Shown here one piece after another: positions 13,655 through 27,859 of a stretch of 64,000 nt of DNA. The notes below the pieces were generated by a model. The model searched no databases and was not told the DNA's origin. It worked only from the letters and a program-made list of their open reading frames with translations. The translations under genes were made by a program, and so were the position numbers. Source of the DNA: Heteronotia binoei (taxonomy: Eukaryota); assembly GCF_032191835.1 (NCBI RefSeq), contig NC_083226.1:80228001-80292000 (forward strand). Reading direction: 5' to 3'. Every line of letters begins with the position of its first letter. Position 1 is the first letter of the stretch.

Positions 13655-14326
13655 CAAATGGATCATACGCTGAACATGAGTCAACAGTGTGATGTGGTGG
13701 CTAAAAAGGCAAATGCAATTTTGGGCTGTATCAACAGAGTATAGTGTCCAGATCACGTGATGTGATGGTATCACTTTACTCTGCTCTGGTAAGCTCACTT
13801 GGAGTATTATGTTCAGTTTTAGGCACCACATTTTAAGAAGGATATAGACAAGCTGGAATGGGTCCAGAGGAGGGTGACAAAGGTGGTGAGGGGTCTGGAG
13901 ACCAAGTCCTATAAGGAAAGGTTGAAGGAACTGGGGATGTTTAGCCTGGAGAGGAGGTGGCTGAGAGGTGATATGATCACCATCTTCAAGTACTTGAAGG
14001 GCTGTCATCTAGAGGATGGTGTGGAATTGTTTTCTGTGGCCCCAGAAGGTAGGACCAGAACGAATGGGTTGAAATTAAATCAAAAGAGTTTCTGGCTCAA
14101 CATTAGGAAGAACTTCCTGACCATTAGAGAGATTCCTTAGTGGAACAGGCTTCCTCGGGAGGTGGTGGGCTCTGCTTCCTTGGAGATTTTTAAACAGAGG
14201 CTAGGTGGCCATCTGACAGCAATGAAGATCCTGTGAATTTAGGGGGAGGTGTTTGTGAGTTTCCTGCATTGTGCAGGGGGTTGGACTATATGTCCCTAGA
14301 GGTCCTTCCAACTCTATGATTCTATG
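13655..14326 (+). mobile_element. CR1 LINE, 5'-truncated 3' end
   Basis: CR1 ORF2 C-terminus (KERLKELGMFSLERRWLRGDMITIFKYLKG) and terminal ttccaactctatgattctatga repeat. Confidence 0.9.
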
Positions 14327-14550
14327 AATACAAAACACTTAGTTCAGATTACAGAGCAGAGGCTTTGTTGCAAATACATTTTACTTTCTCAAAAAAAAAA
14401 AGTGTGGGAGAAACTAGTTTTATTAGGATTGGGGAAAAACAAGAAAGATACAAGAAAGTGAAGGATGTTTACAAAGTTGTGTGAACATGAGAAATAAATC
14501 AGGTGATGCAAGTGGATTTTTAAAGTAATGTGAAAGACCCCATTATTTTC

Positions 14551-16641
14551 TTTTTTATAATTTTTATTGGATTTAACTCTACCTCCAAATAAAATATCTA
14601 ATTTGTCCTACCTGCAAGTATAAAATTCTCCATATATTTTACCATCTTTATCTTTCATTATAAAACATTTTTACTAAGCTATTATTTGCAATACAAGTCT
14701 AAACAGTTCTTCTTCAACACATATAAGTATGAGCAAGTCAGAGCAGTCTCAGCACGAAACTAACTGCTTTGGGTTAACCTTGTTAAAAAACACAAACTAA
14801 TTTGCTAGTTTAGCACTATCTTCGTTAACATAGACACAAAAAATTCATATCTTTATCCTTAAAAAACTAAAAAGAAATACAACATGGTATTTTGTCTATC
14901 TCAATATAAACAGTTTGTCCTGTGAGGCATATTAAAAAACAAATCTAGCAGTTTATATAACATCTGTGTTGTCTGCTTTTTTTAACAATTAGTCCACTTC
15001 TTGTATCTCTATTGGGCTAAGAAAAACAACTTTTTATGACCCAAAAATAAAAATCCTATGCCTGTTCTTATTGAGAGTTATATATCCAGCTACCCACCAA
15101 GATAAGAATATTTCAGGAAACTCTTCTTACTAAAAAGAAATCTATCTCCTGAGTTATAGATTAACTTGTAGAATTACCCATATCTATAACAAACATAGAG
15201 ACTAATATCTATTAAATCTATTGAAAACAAGTTCAGCAATCTGTCAGGAAATTACGATATCTACCTTCTTAAAAGTTAATCTAAGATAACTATTTTACAT
15301 AAAATTCTTTTCAAAGACTTTTTAGTCCTTTAACTTTTAAATCCATATTGTTTTAAACAAGACAACTTATTGTAGCCCAAAAACAAACAAAAACAAAAAA
15401 GGAAAAGAAGTCTCACTTAGCCTTCTAATTTCACATATCAGAGTTTCTTACAAAGTCCATGTCCAGCTATCCACTGAGAAAAATCTAGTTCAGGAGGCTC
15501 TTCTTTCTGAAAGATTTCCACATCATGATTTTCTGGTTAAAATGCATCTTCTTACTTAATGCAGTCATCCTTCTCAAAGGAGGTGAGAAAAATTCCACAG
15601 CCTTTGTTCCTCTCAACTTAGCTTGAGTCAGTCTCCATTTCCGGTCTTCTTTTTTAACTACGCCACAAGATTCCATTTTAATTTTCTTTTGTTGATTTCC
15701 CAACAGCTCAGTCTCCCATTTCAATTCCAGACATCACCAGGTTCTCTTTAGCACTCTGCTCATGTAGATTTGAGATTTTGCTAGTTTTCAGCAAAAAAGC
15801 TGCCATCTGCTTCTTAACCAAGTCTGTCAATAAACCAAAATCTTGCCTCAGAGATTTCAAACTGCTTAAAATATCTTTTTAATATTTCGCTAAGAAATTT
15901 CGCTTAGCAAAGCCATTTTTCTCTGTCAGCAAACTCAGTCCATTAATCCTGATTTAAAAGTAGCTCAGAGTCCCAGATAGCCTGTCCTTCCCGGTCTCCT
16001 CCAACTGAAGTTTTAGATGTTAACGTATGAATTCTAAATCAGACAACAAGGAAAAATCCCTTTAACAGGTATCTCATTTTGTTCAGACCGTATTGCAGTC
16101 CAAAAATAGTCTCTTTAACAAATATCCAATTATGATCTGGACCGATTTAAATGTCCATATTCCGATTAGTTCAAATTGTTTCCAGCTTAGAGATGTTCTT
16201 TGACTTTCCACGGCCTCATTCATAGGGAAATTAGAGATATCGATCTCTTTCTCTTCCTTTGAACTACCAAGTCATTAAAATGTAAAAAGGACCCATTAGC
16301 CCTTGGTAATTGAAAGCCAACTTATTTGCATTGCAGATTTGTCATGCCTGAGATAGAGATCAAAAGCTTGTTGAAGAAAAGAAAGGCAAGCAATTGGGCA
16401 TTCACCTCTTGCTGCTGTAATAGCGATCCTGATGGGGAGAACTTCAGGGCACACAGAAGGAACAGGAGCAACTGCCGTTGTGCCCCCATCCCATTGAGAA
16501 AGCCCCATGCCTAAAAGACCCCCAGGGTCTCTTTGAGGGTGTCGCATCTGTGGGACCTCTCCCCCTGCCCGATCAGGGGGGGTCGCAAGCAGGAAAGCTT
16601 GCGAATCCACCTGATAGCAAGGTGACATAGCCTGGAAGAAC
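14551..16641 (-). mobile_element. ~2.1 kb non-autonomous L1-derived element with 17-bp TSD
   Basis: Perfect direct repeat aagaccccattattttc at 14534-14550 and 16642-16658. GC-richer 5' region, decayed ORF1-like segment (~15450-16000), and AATAAA plus A-rich tail at the minus-strand 3' end. Confidence 0.7.
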
Positions 16642-18202
16642 AAGACCCCATTATTTTCCATATCTACAGTTTATCCATATCTTCAGAACACGATTGAGTT
16701 CTATTCTTTTAATCTGCTATTGGAAGCTTCAGATTATGATTGATATAGACTGTAACATTATTCCTGGAGATTTTTTTGGAATCATATAATAAACAGTATG
16801 GGGCCATATGAAAATTTGCCTTGTCAAAGATTCATAGGATCAAGGCTGCAATCCTATGCAGCCTTATTTGGGAATAAATCAATTGGCTGCAATAGGACTC
16901 ACTTCTGTTAATCAAGCGTAAGGTTGCATTTTGTGAAGTGGCCTCATGTAGCTTAAGGGATACAAAGAAAAAATTCACACTGCTTCATGTTCATGCTTGC
17001 ATAAATGTGATTCTTTTAAATGAAAGCACTGACACAAAAAACTCTGAGGATGTTCTTATACTATATTTATAGGCTATCTCCTGTGTTTCACAGTATGGAT
17101 GATAGATCCCAGATCAATTAAGCAAAGGCAATGGAAAGCTGAAAAACTGTAACTTTGAAGAATATTGGACATGATAAGAGAAACAAAACAGCTTGTTCAT
17201 CCCACACTTACAAAGCAAAAATAGAATAATCAAGAATTTGCCTGTAAACTCCCTGTCAGGTCTCTTGTGTCCTTTGTAGTTCTAGGCACATACTCTTTTT
17301 CAAACTAGCCCTCATTATATAGTTTAAGAAATGTGTGCTTCACTGTAGGATATTGTATTGAAGAAGCATTTTTTAAATATTGGATGTATTTTATGTATTT
17401 GGAGTCAGTTCTTATCATTTGCTAAAACTTGAAGATAAGAGAGAATTTCAGTATCACTAGAGTAAAGCAACATCAAATAATCAGGATAGAAAATAAAACC
17501 TAGCTGTTTTCTATTCCAAAAGCACAAGTAATATATAGTGGACTCAAAAGGACTTAGGACTTTTTTCTGGAAAAAGCAGTGCTGGAACTCTTAAGAGGGA
17601 AATGGAAACGTGTGCCCCTCATGAACTTTAAACATATTTTGAGAATTTTGTTTTCACAATTATTCTGGATTTCCATTCCATTGTGTTCTTCCAGGAAAAA
17701 AAAACCCTGTATATGTGTGTGTGTGTGTGTGTGTGTATAGCTGATTTTTAACTAGTAAGATGTACAGCTTTATGGCAGTTGCAATAAGGTAGTTTTTTTA
17801 AAAAATGTATGATTAGCTTGGAAATTTTTGTTCTTATAATTGGCGAACAATCTATTTTGACATGTAATTGCTTATCTGAAAAACTGAACAACTCTGCTGT
17901 AATGGTCTGATGGAGCTATCATAAACAGCTGGAGTTCTAGAACAAATCAGTACATCTGTGTAGGTGAACAGAGTGCATCATTAATATAAAAATCTCTGAA
18001 ATTATTCCAGTACTAACATTGTGTTATAAATTATCATCATTCCATGGTAAAGAAGAACCCCCAAGTTTAGCACAGTAAGTGGCTTAGCATAGCACAGTAA
18101 ATGGCTTAGCTGACCAGAAAGAACATGAGTTTTAAAAATACTTTTCAGATGCCCTCACCAGGGTTACATTAGCAAGTGCTCCCTTAGAACACAAAAGACA
18201 GA

Positions 18203-19855
18203 TTTTATTTATAGATTGATTTGCATCATTTATAGTCCACCTTTTTTAATGAGACTCAAGACGTATTACACAGTGCAAGACAATTTAAAACAACAGGAAT
18301 AGGACATCATATGGCATATGAAAACAGAATTGAAATCAAGCTGAAACAAAACATTACCATTAACATGACATACTAAAATCACACTTACAACAACTGAGAC
18401 TACACAGGTGTATAGATCACAGTCCCTATGACTTTACCAAATAATCTTACTAAAATATTTCCTTACAGTATAGTCCTATTACCTATGTAACACAGCCCCC
18501 CTGAATAATTCAATGTTGTATAGTTTGCAGACAGCTAGGAGGGTGGGAGCCTTCCTAACCTCAACAGTCAGGCTGTTCTACAAAATGGGGCCACAACAGA
18601 GAATATACTTGTATGGGCAGTTGTTGATTTGGCCCATCTCAAGCATGGCATGTGCAGAATGCTTTACTCAAATAAGTGAAGTTGTCATGGTAGAGGATAT
18701 GGATAGAGGCAGTCCCATAGATATGATGGACCCAGGCCGTTATTTGTATGTGATGACCAATATCTTGTATAGAGCTTGGTAGCTGATAGGCAGTCTGTGA
18801 AATGACTGCAAAATGGGACTAGTATGCATGCTCTGCCTAGCTCTTGACAATAACTGAGCTGTGGCATTCTGCAAAAATTAGAGTCTCCAAGTTGACTTTG
18901 AGACGAGACCTATGTAGAGTTCATTGCAGTCATCTAGTCTTGATGTCACCATAGAGTGGATCCAGGTGGCCAGCTTAGCCATGCCAAGGTAGGGTGTCAT
19001 TTTTTGAGCTAGATTAAGTTGAAAGAAAACATTTTTTGCAGCTGCATTATGTTACTTCTCCAGCAGCAACGTTGGATCCAGTATAACCTCTAGGTTCTTC
19101 AAATTAGCAAGGGTCAGGTGAACCCTATGAAAGAAGGGAAGCACAGTTTCTTAGCTCTCCATATTCACAACCTAGTATCACTTCCTTGTATGGGTTCAGT
19201 TTCAATTTGTTTACTTTCAGGCATTTGACTACTTCAGTCATGCTCAAGAACTCAACAACATCACCAAAGGATTTGTGTAGAAAAAAATAGATGCTAATGA
19301 TACCCAGTTCTAAAGCTATGAATGATTTCACCTAAAGCCTTTATACAGAGGTTGAACATTGTAGGGATAACAGGGAACATCCTGTGGAACTCCACATTAC
19401 AGTTCTCAATAGCTAGTGTCCAATGGCAACCCTTAGAGACAGGTTGATGGGAACAATTTAAACCAGTCCAAGGCACATTCCCGGATACTTGCTTCTGCCT
19501 CTAAACACCTCAACAGGATAGCATGATCTCCTGTATCAAAAACTCCAAATAGATCAGTAAAAGAAAACAAAGAAGCCTGGCCTTTGTTTACATTCAGATA
19601 GGGGTCATCAACTAAGGCCACTAGGTCCTTTTCTGTCCCATAGCCTGATCTGAAACCAGAATGAAAAGGGTTGAAAGTATGTGAGTTGTCCAAGAAGAAC
19701 TGAAGCTGTTCCACTGCTGCTTTCTCAGTCACTTTTCCAGTGAAAGACAGATTAGAGACTGGGCAATTATTGACCACATCATTTTTCTGTAGGGCTAGGT
19801 ATTTTAGTAGTGGATGGACAATCCACACTTTGACTGGCTGGGCATGTAAAAACAA
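18203..19855 (-). mobile_element. L2-clade LINE, old decayed copy
   Basis: NNCPVSNLSFTGKVTEK, SGFRSGYGTEKDLVALVDD, DLFGVFDTGDH and LKLNPYK motifs. A-rich 3' tail at ~18203. Confidence 0.8.
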
Positions 19856-19904
19856 AATTAAGTGGTGACTGATTCATGGTATACACCAAGAGCTTATTAA
19901 CATA

Positions 19905-20202
19905 GTTCTTAGGTGGCACAGAGTGGAAAAGCTGCAGTACTGCAGTCTGACCTCTCTGCTCATGACCCGAGTTTGAGCCCAGCGGAAGCTGGGTTCAGGT
20001 AGCTGGCTCAAGGTTGACTCAGCCTTCCATCCTTCCAAGGTCAGTAAAATGCGTACCCAGCTTGCTGGGGGAAAAGTGTAGATGACTGGGGAAGGCAAAG
20101 GCAAACCACCCCATAAAAAGTCTGCCATGAAAACGTCATGATGCAATGTCACTCCAGAGTCGGAAATGACTGGTGCTTGCACAGGGGACTACCTTTATCT
20201 TT
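19905..20202 (+). mobile_element. Sauria (Squam1)-type SINE
   Basis: Body aaggttgactcagccttccatccttcc, RTE-like tail gactggggaaggcaaaggcaaaccacc, and 3' acctttatctttt. Closely similar to 49030-49310. Confidence 0.85.
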
Positions 20203-20359
20203 TTACATGATTGTAGCAGCCAGGAAGGGCAAGGATCCCATGCAAGAATGGTGATCTTCACAGATCCCAGGATTCTGTCAGCAGCCATCATTGTAACTAG
20301 GTCAATATGGTCCATAAGCAGACCTGAACTGTTAGACTATTCTTCTGCTTGGCCTCTTT

Positions 20360-20675
20360 TAGGGATGGTCAAACTTGCTTAATGTAAGAGCCACACAGAA
20401 TAAATGTCAGATGTATGAGAGCCTCAGAACATGAATGTCAGTTTGAGAGCTGCAAGGAAGGAAGGAAGGAAACTAAATAAATAGATGGGAGAGGTGGAGG
20501 TGGAAAGAGAGCAACTTAACTTTAAATGCATTATCCAAGCTGCTGGCTGGCTTGGCTTGGGGAACTGATTTAAAGAGAGAAATGCCTTCTCCAAGCCAGC
20601 CAAATGCTTCAAGAGTCTCACAATATGTGTGAAAGAGCCACATGTGGCTCCTGAGCTGCAGTTTGGCCACCTCTG
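20360..20675 (+). mobile_element. hAT-type MITE
   Basis: TIRs tagggatggtcaaac / gtttggccacctctg. Flanking 8-mers gcctcttt and gcctatgt match at 6/8, consistent with a decayed 8-bp TSD. Confidence 0.7.
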
Positions 20676-23479
20676 GCCTATGTTATAACCAACATCCAGA
20701 TCATAGCATATTTGTGTTGTTCTGTCAGCAAAAACAAAAAACCTTTGTGAAGTTATTATAGTTAATGGTTCCTAAGACAAAGCTTGAGTTCTAAAACTAT
20801 TGGTAAGAGTTAAACTGAAAACTATTTATGCTGTGATTTCTAATGATGAGTTTGCACTTGTGCATATTGGGGGTCCAGATCTCCAAAGATTCTGCAGTTT
20901 TTCAATTGTAAAAGGAGATTCCAGGCCCAGTTTATCCCATCTTTATTCTAACTGGTTTCTCAAAGAAAGAGTGGTTATAAGTATTCTTGCTGTGGAGAAA
21001 TACCACAGTTGATTTGTTTATGGAATATTCCATTCTCTTGTACAGGGCCATAAAGAGTCACCATAAGCACTCCTTTTGGGGTCATACCATATAAAACTAA
21101 CCCAGACTCTAGACTTTTATCCTCCTAATGCCTCCACTTTGGACATCATTGTCCATGTAATAATTATAGATTGTCACTGGTGTGCAAATGAAGTGATCTT
21201 TTAAAAAATATTGTTTTACTAGAATTCAATTAAACTGAAGAGATTTCCACCTAAAATAGCTTATTATTATGGAAAAAATATCTGTAACCTCATATCTTGA
21301 AGACATTGGGATAAAAAATGAATTATTCTAATTCCAAGCATCCTGAATATGGCTTACTTTACTAGATATCTGAAGAAAGCAATATATTCTTTCAGAATGG
21401 GAAACAGTATGAGACAGAAGCATCCCTTTGTGTGAGCTAGAAGAAAGATGCAAAAAAGCTCCATTAGGAATAAGCTTAACAAGAATCTTACAGCCCACCT
21501 TCTATGTTTTCTCTTTTCTTTTTCCAAATAGAAACAACCTCCAACAAAGCAAAGCACTCAGGTAGCTGAGTTCACCGTCAGGTTTTGTTCTCATGTCTTG
21601 AAATCCAGGATTTATTATTATTATTATTATTTGCAGTGATAGGCGTTACTGATTGATATCTGATAAATTAGCACAAAGAGGGATTATACTTAGTCTTCTA
21701 TTTAAAGTTCTTTTTTCTCTAAGCAAAAGAAACTGCAATATATTTGGAGCAGCTATTTACAGTTTCGACTCAAAATTCTTATTTTTTTCAAGTTGACCTC
21801 TCCTTTAAGATTAGATGGTAATAAGCAAGTTGAGCAAATGCAGCAACAAAATGAAAAGAAACCCCAGTTTTCCATTACATACACAACTTTGCTAGGGAAA
21901 AACACTCAGCATAAATAAGGCATAAAATACACCACTACTACACAAAGGAAATGCATTATGTCTTGTGGTGAACAGTGAGTTTTATTCCCTCATTAGGCTG
22001 ACCCAGTTCCTGACCTGTGCCTCTGCTTCATTCTGAAACTAATGAGGAATACAAAAGTCATCTTAACTCATGAAAATAAAATATGTTTTAAATCCCAAGG
22101 TGCTGTGGAATTTCTTTTTCTTAGACAAGGCACTCCAACTTTGTTGTGTACTCTTTTTTCTCTCCTTTTGCTAGACTAGTTTAAGAGAGGGATGAACTGA
22201 ATGAAAATTTCCTCTAGTACCCTCTAGTACTTTTGAGCATGGAAGTAAACAAGAATGCATTACACTTAATATTTGAATCTGGAATCAGCTTGCCACTCTG
22301 CTTTTTAACAACACAAAGCACATTTGCTGCCTTCATTGCAAAGTTTGTCAGAATCCACCTCCAAGGAACTTCCCTAATCTATAGCTCCTCTTTTTCCTGA
22401 TACTTGATATTCTGAGATTCGAAGTCAGACTTTTCTAGCAGTAAAAACAACAACAACAAAATCATAATCACTCTATGAACTATCCTTCATCACCCCTTGC
22501 TAGAAATGTTTCCATGGTTCCTTCTTTTGTCCTCTGTCATCATTAGGCTAAATCCTTTTTGGTTTAGATCTGCATATTAACTGAAGGTCACATCTTCTGA
22601 TGGTGGTTTATTTTGATGGTCTTGCCACTGCTTTCATATGTTCTTTTGGGGCAAATTTATTTTGAATATTTTTAGACAAAGTACTCATAAGTTTAAATTA
22701 AAATAAATGCATATACCTGTGTTAAAATCACAGGGTTTTGTTATTATAGTACACAGTAAATATATTTCTAGTGCTTGTCTTTTTGTGAACTTTTGTTAAC
22801 ACAATATCAATTGAAAAGTTGTGGGGCATCTGCATAAACACATAGGAAATAAAATATATTCTTAATACCCAGAAACAGCTATAAAGACATTGAGAAAAAT
22901 AAGTCATTCATTTAACCCTTGAGAGTTATTAATCCCAAGCTTGGCATCAGAGCACAGGAAATGAAAAGGGGTTAGTGAAGATTAAGATGTCAAGTAAATC
23001 ATGCAATGATTTCAGCTCAATATCTTTTTTTTAAAAAAAATTGTTGTTCTAAAAAAGAAAAATTGATTTTTTTAAAAAAATTGGGTATATTCGATCAGAA
23101 TATATTTGGGGTTCCCAAGTATTCTCAAATACCAATATTAATATGGCACTCAGATTTGGTAAATATTCAGGAATGCAGAATATATCAGGTCCAATATATC
23201 CTATGGGGCAATTATAGTCAATGGAAAATCTCCTAGGGTATATTCACTGGTCTGAGAGGAGGGGGTTTTGGGTAGAGGTACCAAATTTTCAGCATAGCTG
23301 CTGGAGCGTTTCCTGAAAAGAACCCCCAAATTTCAAAAATATTGGACCAATTCTATGGGCGCCCAAAGAATGTGCCTCCATCCTCTAATGTTTCCAATCG
23401 GGGGATAGGGCAAGGCAATACAAGGTCAGCAGATTGTCCCAGAGAATCTCTGCAACAGAAAGTGAAATGGTGGCAATGG

Positions 23480-24270
23480 GATTTGCAAAGCCAGCAGTGG
23501 AACCAGTGCAATGTGCTCAACTGAACCAGTGCCGCTGTGGCAGTGCCAAACACCCAACAGGACTAAGGTCAAATCTGAGAAGTTCAAACTGAGTTGGGGC
23601 AGATCTGCAAGGACAGCAGAACCAGTGCAATGTACTAGTTTCCAGCAGCAGAATCCAGTGCCAACCTACTAGTGCCCATCAGAACTCAGTACCATTATGA
23701 CAAATGCCAGCTCAACAGGAATCACAGGTCGTTTTCGCACTCACCTTAATCAGCAGCGACGACCCTCTTCACCGTGCAGGATCTGCGTGGATTTTGCACT
23801 AATTGCCGTGGAGCACCCAGAAGAGCCGGAAAGTCCCAGCGCTTTTGCGGCGCAAACGGAAACTGATTTTTGGCGGTTTCCATTTGCGCCGCAAAAGCGC
23901 CGGGACTTTCCGGCTCTTCTGGGTGCTCGGCGGCAATTAGTGCGAAATCCGCGCAGATCCTGCGCGGTGAAGAGGGTCGTCGCTGCTGATTAAGGTGAGT
24001 GTGAAAATGACCACAGTCTGAGCAAGGGGGAAGGGGGTTGCAAGGACAGCAGAACCAGTGCAATAGTGCCCAGCAGTGAAGCCCAGTGCCAGTGTGCCAG
24101 TGACAACAACCCAACAAGTCTAGGGTCAAATCTGAGAATCCATGAAGTACAAGCTGAGGGGGATATTTCTGCAAGGACAGCCCAGAACCAGTGCAATGTA
24201 CTAGTGCCCAGCTGCAGAACCCAGCCCCAATGTGGCAACAGCACAAACCCAAGAGAACTAACCAATGTCA
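23480..24270. repeat. degenerate tandem repeat (~115-145 bp units) interrupted by a MITE
   Basis: Anchor gcaaggacagcagaaccagtgcaat recurs at ~23490, 23607, 24040 and 24170. ggtcaaatctgaga occurs twice. Confidence 0.6.
23727..24012. mobile_element. 286-bp fully palindromic MITE, 3-bp TSD (PIF/Harbinger-like)
   Basis: Arms of ~135 bp are near-perfect inverted repeats around the loop tgatttttggcg. Ends are ggtcgttttcgcac / gtgaaaatgacc. ACA lies at 23724-23726 and 24013-24015. Confidence 0.85.
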
Positions 24271-27200
24271 CACCAGAGAATCCTAGCAGGAATTTGATGT
24301 GGAGCAGAGCCTGGCAATAGCCAGCCTGGCAGCCCTGACCCTAACTACTACTTTCCTCACCCCCCACCCACAATGTTGCTGGGCTGCCCACAGTGTGCAG
24401 TCAGCGAGATGCATGCTTCATGCACCTGACAGGTGGTCCAGATGTTGGACATGAAGTGCACATTTCTCCCATGAGCATGGGACAACTGCGCTTTCACATG
24501 GTCCCTGGAAGCTCTAGACAATGAGAATATCATGGTGGTATGAACAGGGTGGGTGTACCAAGGACATGCATCCTGGAGCAGCCTGCAGTGTCTTTGATCA
24601 CGGAGAAGGGGCGGCCATCTAAAAGAAGCATTTCAGCCATAAAGTGAGTGACTCTTTTGCTAGCTTGCTGCCTCCCCCCTCCTCCAAGGTAGGGAGGAGG
24701 TGGTAAGACTCAGCAGAGGTAGGGTGAGCCATGGCAATGGAGCACTCTGATGCTTTCTCTCTTTCCCTACACCTATGCTACAGAGAGATGGAAAGACACG
24801 GGCCATCATCTTGTTCCCTGGTGATCAACACACATCGTCCTGCAGAAAGTGGGGAAGAGCTGCCCTGCTCCCTGAGGGAGGGAGGATCTCCTAGTTTCCT
24901 TGTAGAAGGCTGGCCACTTAGCCAAGGGGCACCTTCCCAATGCCTTAGCTAAGTGGAGGGCAACCATGCAAGGAAGCTGGCTTGTTTGGTGTTCCTTCAT
25001 GGCAGGCATACTAGGTAATTTCCTAGGGCTGCCCAGAGCATAGACTGCCTTGCTGCTGTTGTGCTGTTGATTATGAATTCTGAAGCTCTGCATCTAAAGG
25101 TTCACATTTTCAGTCACTCATTCACACACAGAGGGACATAACAATTCTCCAAGTACCTTCATCCTCTTTTTAAATGGTCTGTATAACTGCCCACACTGCC
25201 CCATCTGTGGAAAAGTAATTATGTAAATTGGGTCCATAGAAACAGAAAACAGATTTTTCTATACATTTGTAGGATCTTTCAGGTTTGGAAAAAAACCTGA
25301 AAGCTTTTTTTAAACTGAAAGGATTAAATCTCTCCCCCCCCCCCGCCACCCCCGGGCCAATGAAGCAGAGTCATCTGCATTTTCACAGATAGCATATCCC
25401 CATGCACCCAGCTTCTTTCATGCCTGGCTAGTGGCTGTGGAAAGAGAAATGGGAACTGCTGCTACCATACAAGCCTCCGAGAAAGCAGTGAGGCTAGTGA
25501 CTGGTGTGAGGCTGGTGGACAGGCAAGCAGTAAAGTAGCAGAAACCTACATGCTTCTTGCCTAAAGATGTGTATAAACCAAACCACAGATCGATATATTG
25601 GTTTGTGAACCAAACTGGTTCATATCAGTTTGTACTTTTTGCACCTCATTGCTTTTTGTGGAAAGCAGAAAGCAGGGGTTTAAATGGCTCCAAGCCCTGC
25701 TTTCTGCTCTTCACAAACTGGCACAAACTGCATGAACTGCTTTAAAATTCATTCATGGCAGCTATTCAGTTTGCAAATATTGCTTTGTGAACCATGAACC
25801 AGACAAAATTCATGTGGAACTTCAGTTTGTTAGCCAATTCATGCCCATCCCTATTTTTACTTGGCCAGCACTGCTGTTTAAACATTGGAAGAATGGCAAA
25901 TCAGGTGGGCAGAGGAGGAGCTGTCACTGCCCACCCCCCTCCATGAACCCAGGAAGAATGCCAATGGAGGCAGGAGCTTAGTGGAAGAGGGAAATAAGGA
26001 GTAGGAACTAAAACTGCTGCTGCCATCACTGATGAGGTTATACAAACAGGTCAGCAAGAAAGCTGTAGGAGGACAGCAATGCAGGAAGGCAAGGGAGGAA
26101 GGAACTGTTGCTGCTGCCACTTCACCCAGAATATGAAATGGCAGTGATGAAGACTGGCTGGCAAGCATTGGAATAGAAATGGGGTGTGTGTGTGTGTGTG
26201 TGTGTGTATGGCTTTTGGGTAGAAAAGGCCCAGTAGGAACTCATTTACATATTAGGTCACACCCCCTGACATCAGCATTGTTTCAGACAAAGCTTTTTGT
26301 GGAAAAGGCCCAGCAGGAACTCATTTGTATATCCTGTGCATTCCTGCTCAAAAGAAGCCCTGTATATGGATGTGTGTGTACACACACACACACACATAAA
26401 TTAAAGGAAAATGCTGCAGAACTTAGAACTCGTACAAAGGTGCTTACTACTCATTCTCAGTAGCCTGTGGCAAAAGCACCTATGAAGAAGGTGGACAGCA
26501 ACATTTATACTCCCCATTATGCCACCTCACACTGCTGGGGAATGAATGGCCTCTCCAATAAGTGCCTTGTGCCTCATTTGATTTCAAAGTAACTGGTACA
26601 ATAGCATCCCTAAGGGCTGTGAAAGAACTTACTTTAAAACCCAGTCATTCACAATCACCCCATTATAAACTCTTGCAGTATTTTTTTTCTAGACCAATTT
26701 TGTGCAAAACATATTTAGGTCATTCAGTAAAAAGTCACCACCACCTCTCTATGCCCCCATTCATGATCAATTGATTGCTTGAGCAAAATACCCTTTGTGA
26801 TTTAGAACATGTGACTGGCTTTGCTCACTGCCTCTCCTTCATACTCTTCCTATACCTACTTAAGAATTCTGCAAGGGGTATCTGGTATATGACAATGAAA
26901 AATAAATTCATATAGAATCAATCTTTAAAACTAATTTAAAGAGTAAAAGGATTTCTAAGTGGATAAATGTATTTATATTTCCCAGTATCACTGAGATCCA
27001 TTAAGATCAGAGAAAGTTTATTTTCATTTTGCTACTATGCATTTATTTTTCAGAGAAGTGCTCCTTCTTTTCTTTTTCTTATGGTAAAACAGTCCATTAA
27101 ACAAGCCTATGCCTGAAATCAGTCTAATAATAAATGGGTTTTATGAATGAGAAAATGACTGTCCATATAATCACTTTATTTACTTAAGTTGCATATATTC

Positions 27201-27859
27201 TTTCAATTTATCTTTTTAGTCTTATATAATACGTATTTCATCATCTACCTGATGGTGATTTCAGCATTATTGTGAGAGTAAAGTTTTAAAAGAAAAGAAG
27301 TGGGAACCGACAGGTTAATATTGTCTGCCACTATATCATTGTCACACACTGAGAAAGTAGAAAAAGTAAAAATCAATATATAAAATACTAAATTAAATTT
27401 ATTTAATAATAGCTCAGTAATGCTGAGATATGTGACACTTGAGATGAAATAGTTTTTCCATGCAACTTTACAGGGTAAAATGAAGAGTTTATGATGCCTC
27501 TGAAATAAATAGGATCTTCTAAAACTGGAAGTTGCTGATTTTGAAATTTTAAAGTCATTACATAGTAAAGGAAATCAATCCAACAAAAAACAATATAATG
27601 AGACAAGAAACTATAACAAGACCATTCACACACACAAACACGCAAAAAAATCACTTGGAAAGCATTTATCATTCTAAATCCCCATGGATTTGGAAGAAAT
27701 ATACCAAGATAAGAATCTGAAACCATATGCTCATATATTCACTGCAAGTATTAAATCATACCTTAATGCTATAGTGGTTCACACTTTCCAAAGGATGTTT
27801 TTAATAAAAGGATATAACTAAGGCCTACTTCTATGCATGTAGAAATTACAAAAAGAAAT

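Noticed and set aside
23697-24252. Mirror-image ORFs on both strands (RFRTHLNQQRRPSSP…)
   Set aside because: An artefact of the palindromic MITE.
23480-24270. CRISPR-like repeat/spacer array
   Set aside because: The context is eukaryotic, the repeats are degenerate, the spacers are mutually similar, and there are no cas genes.
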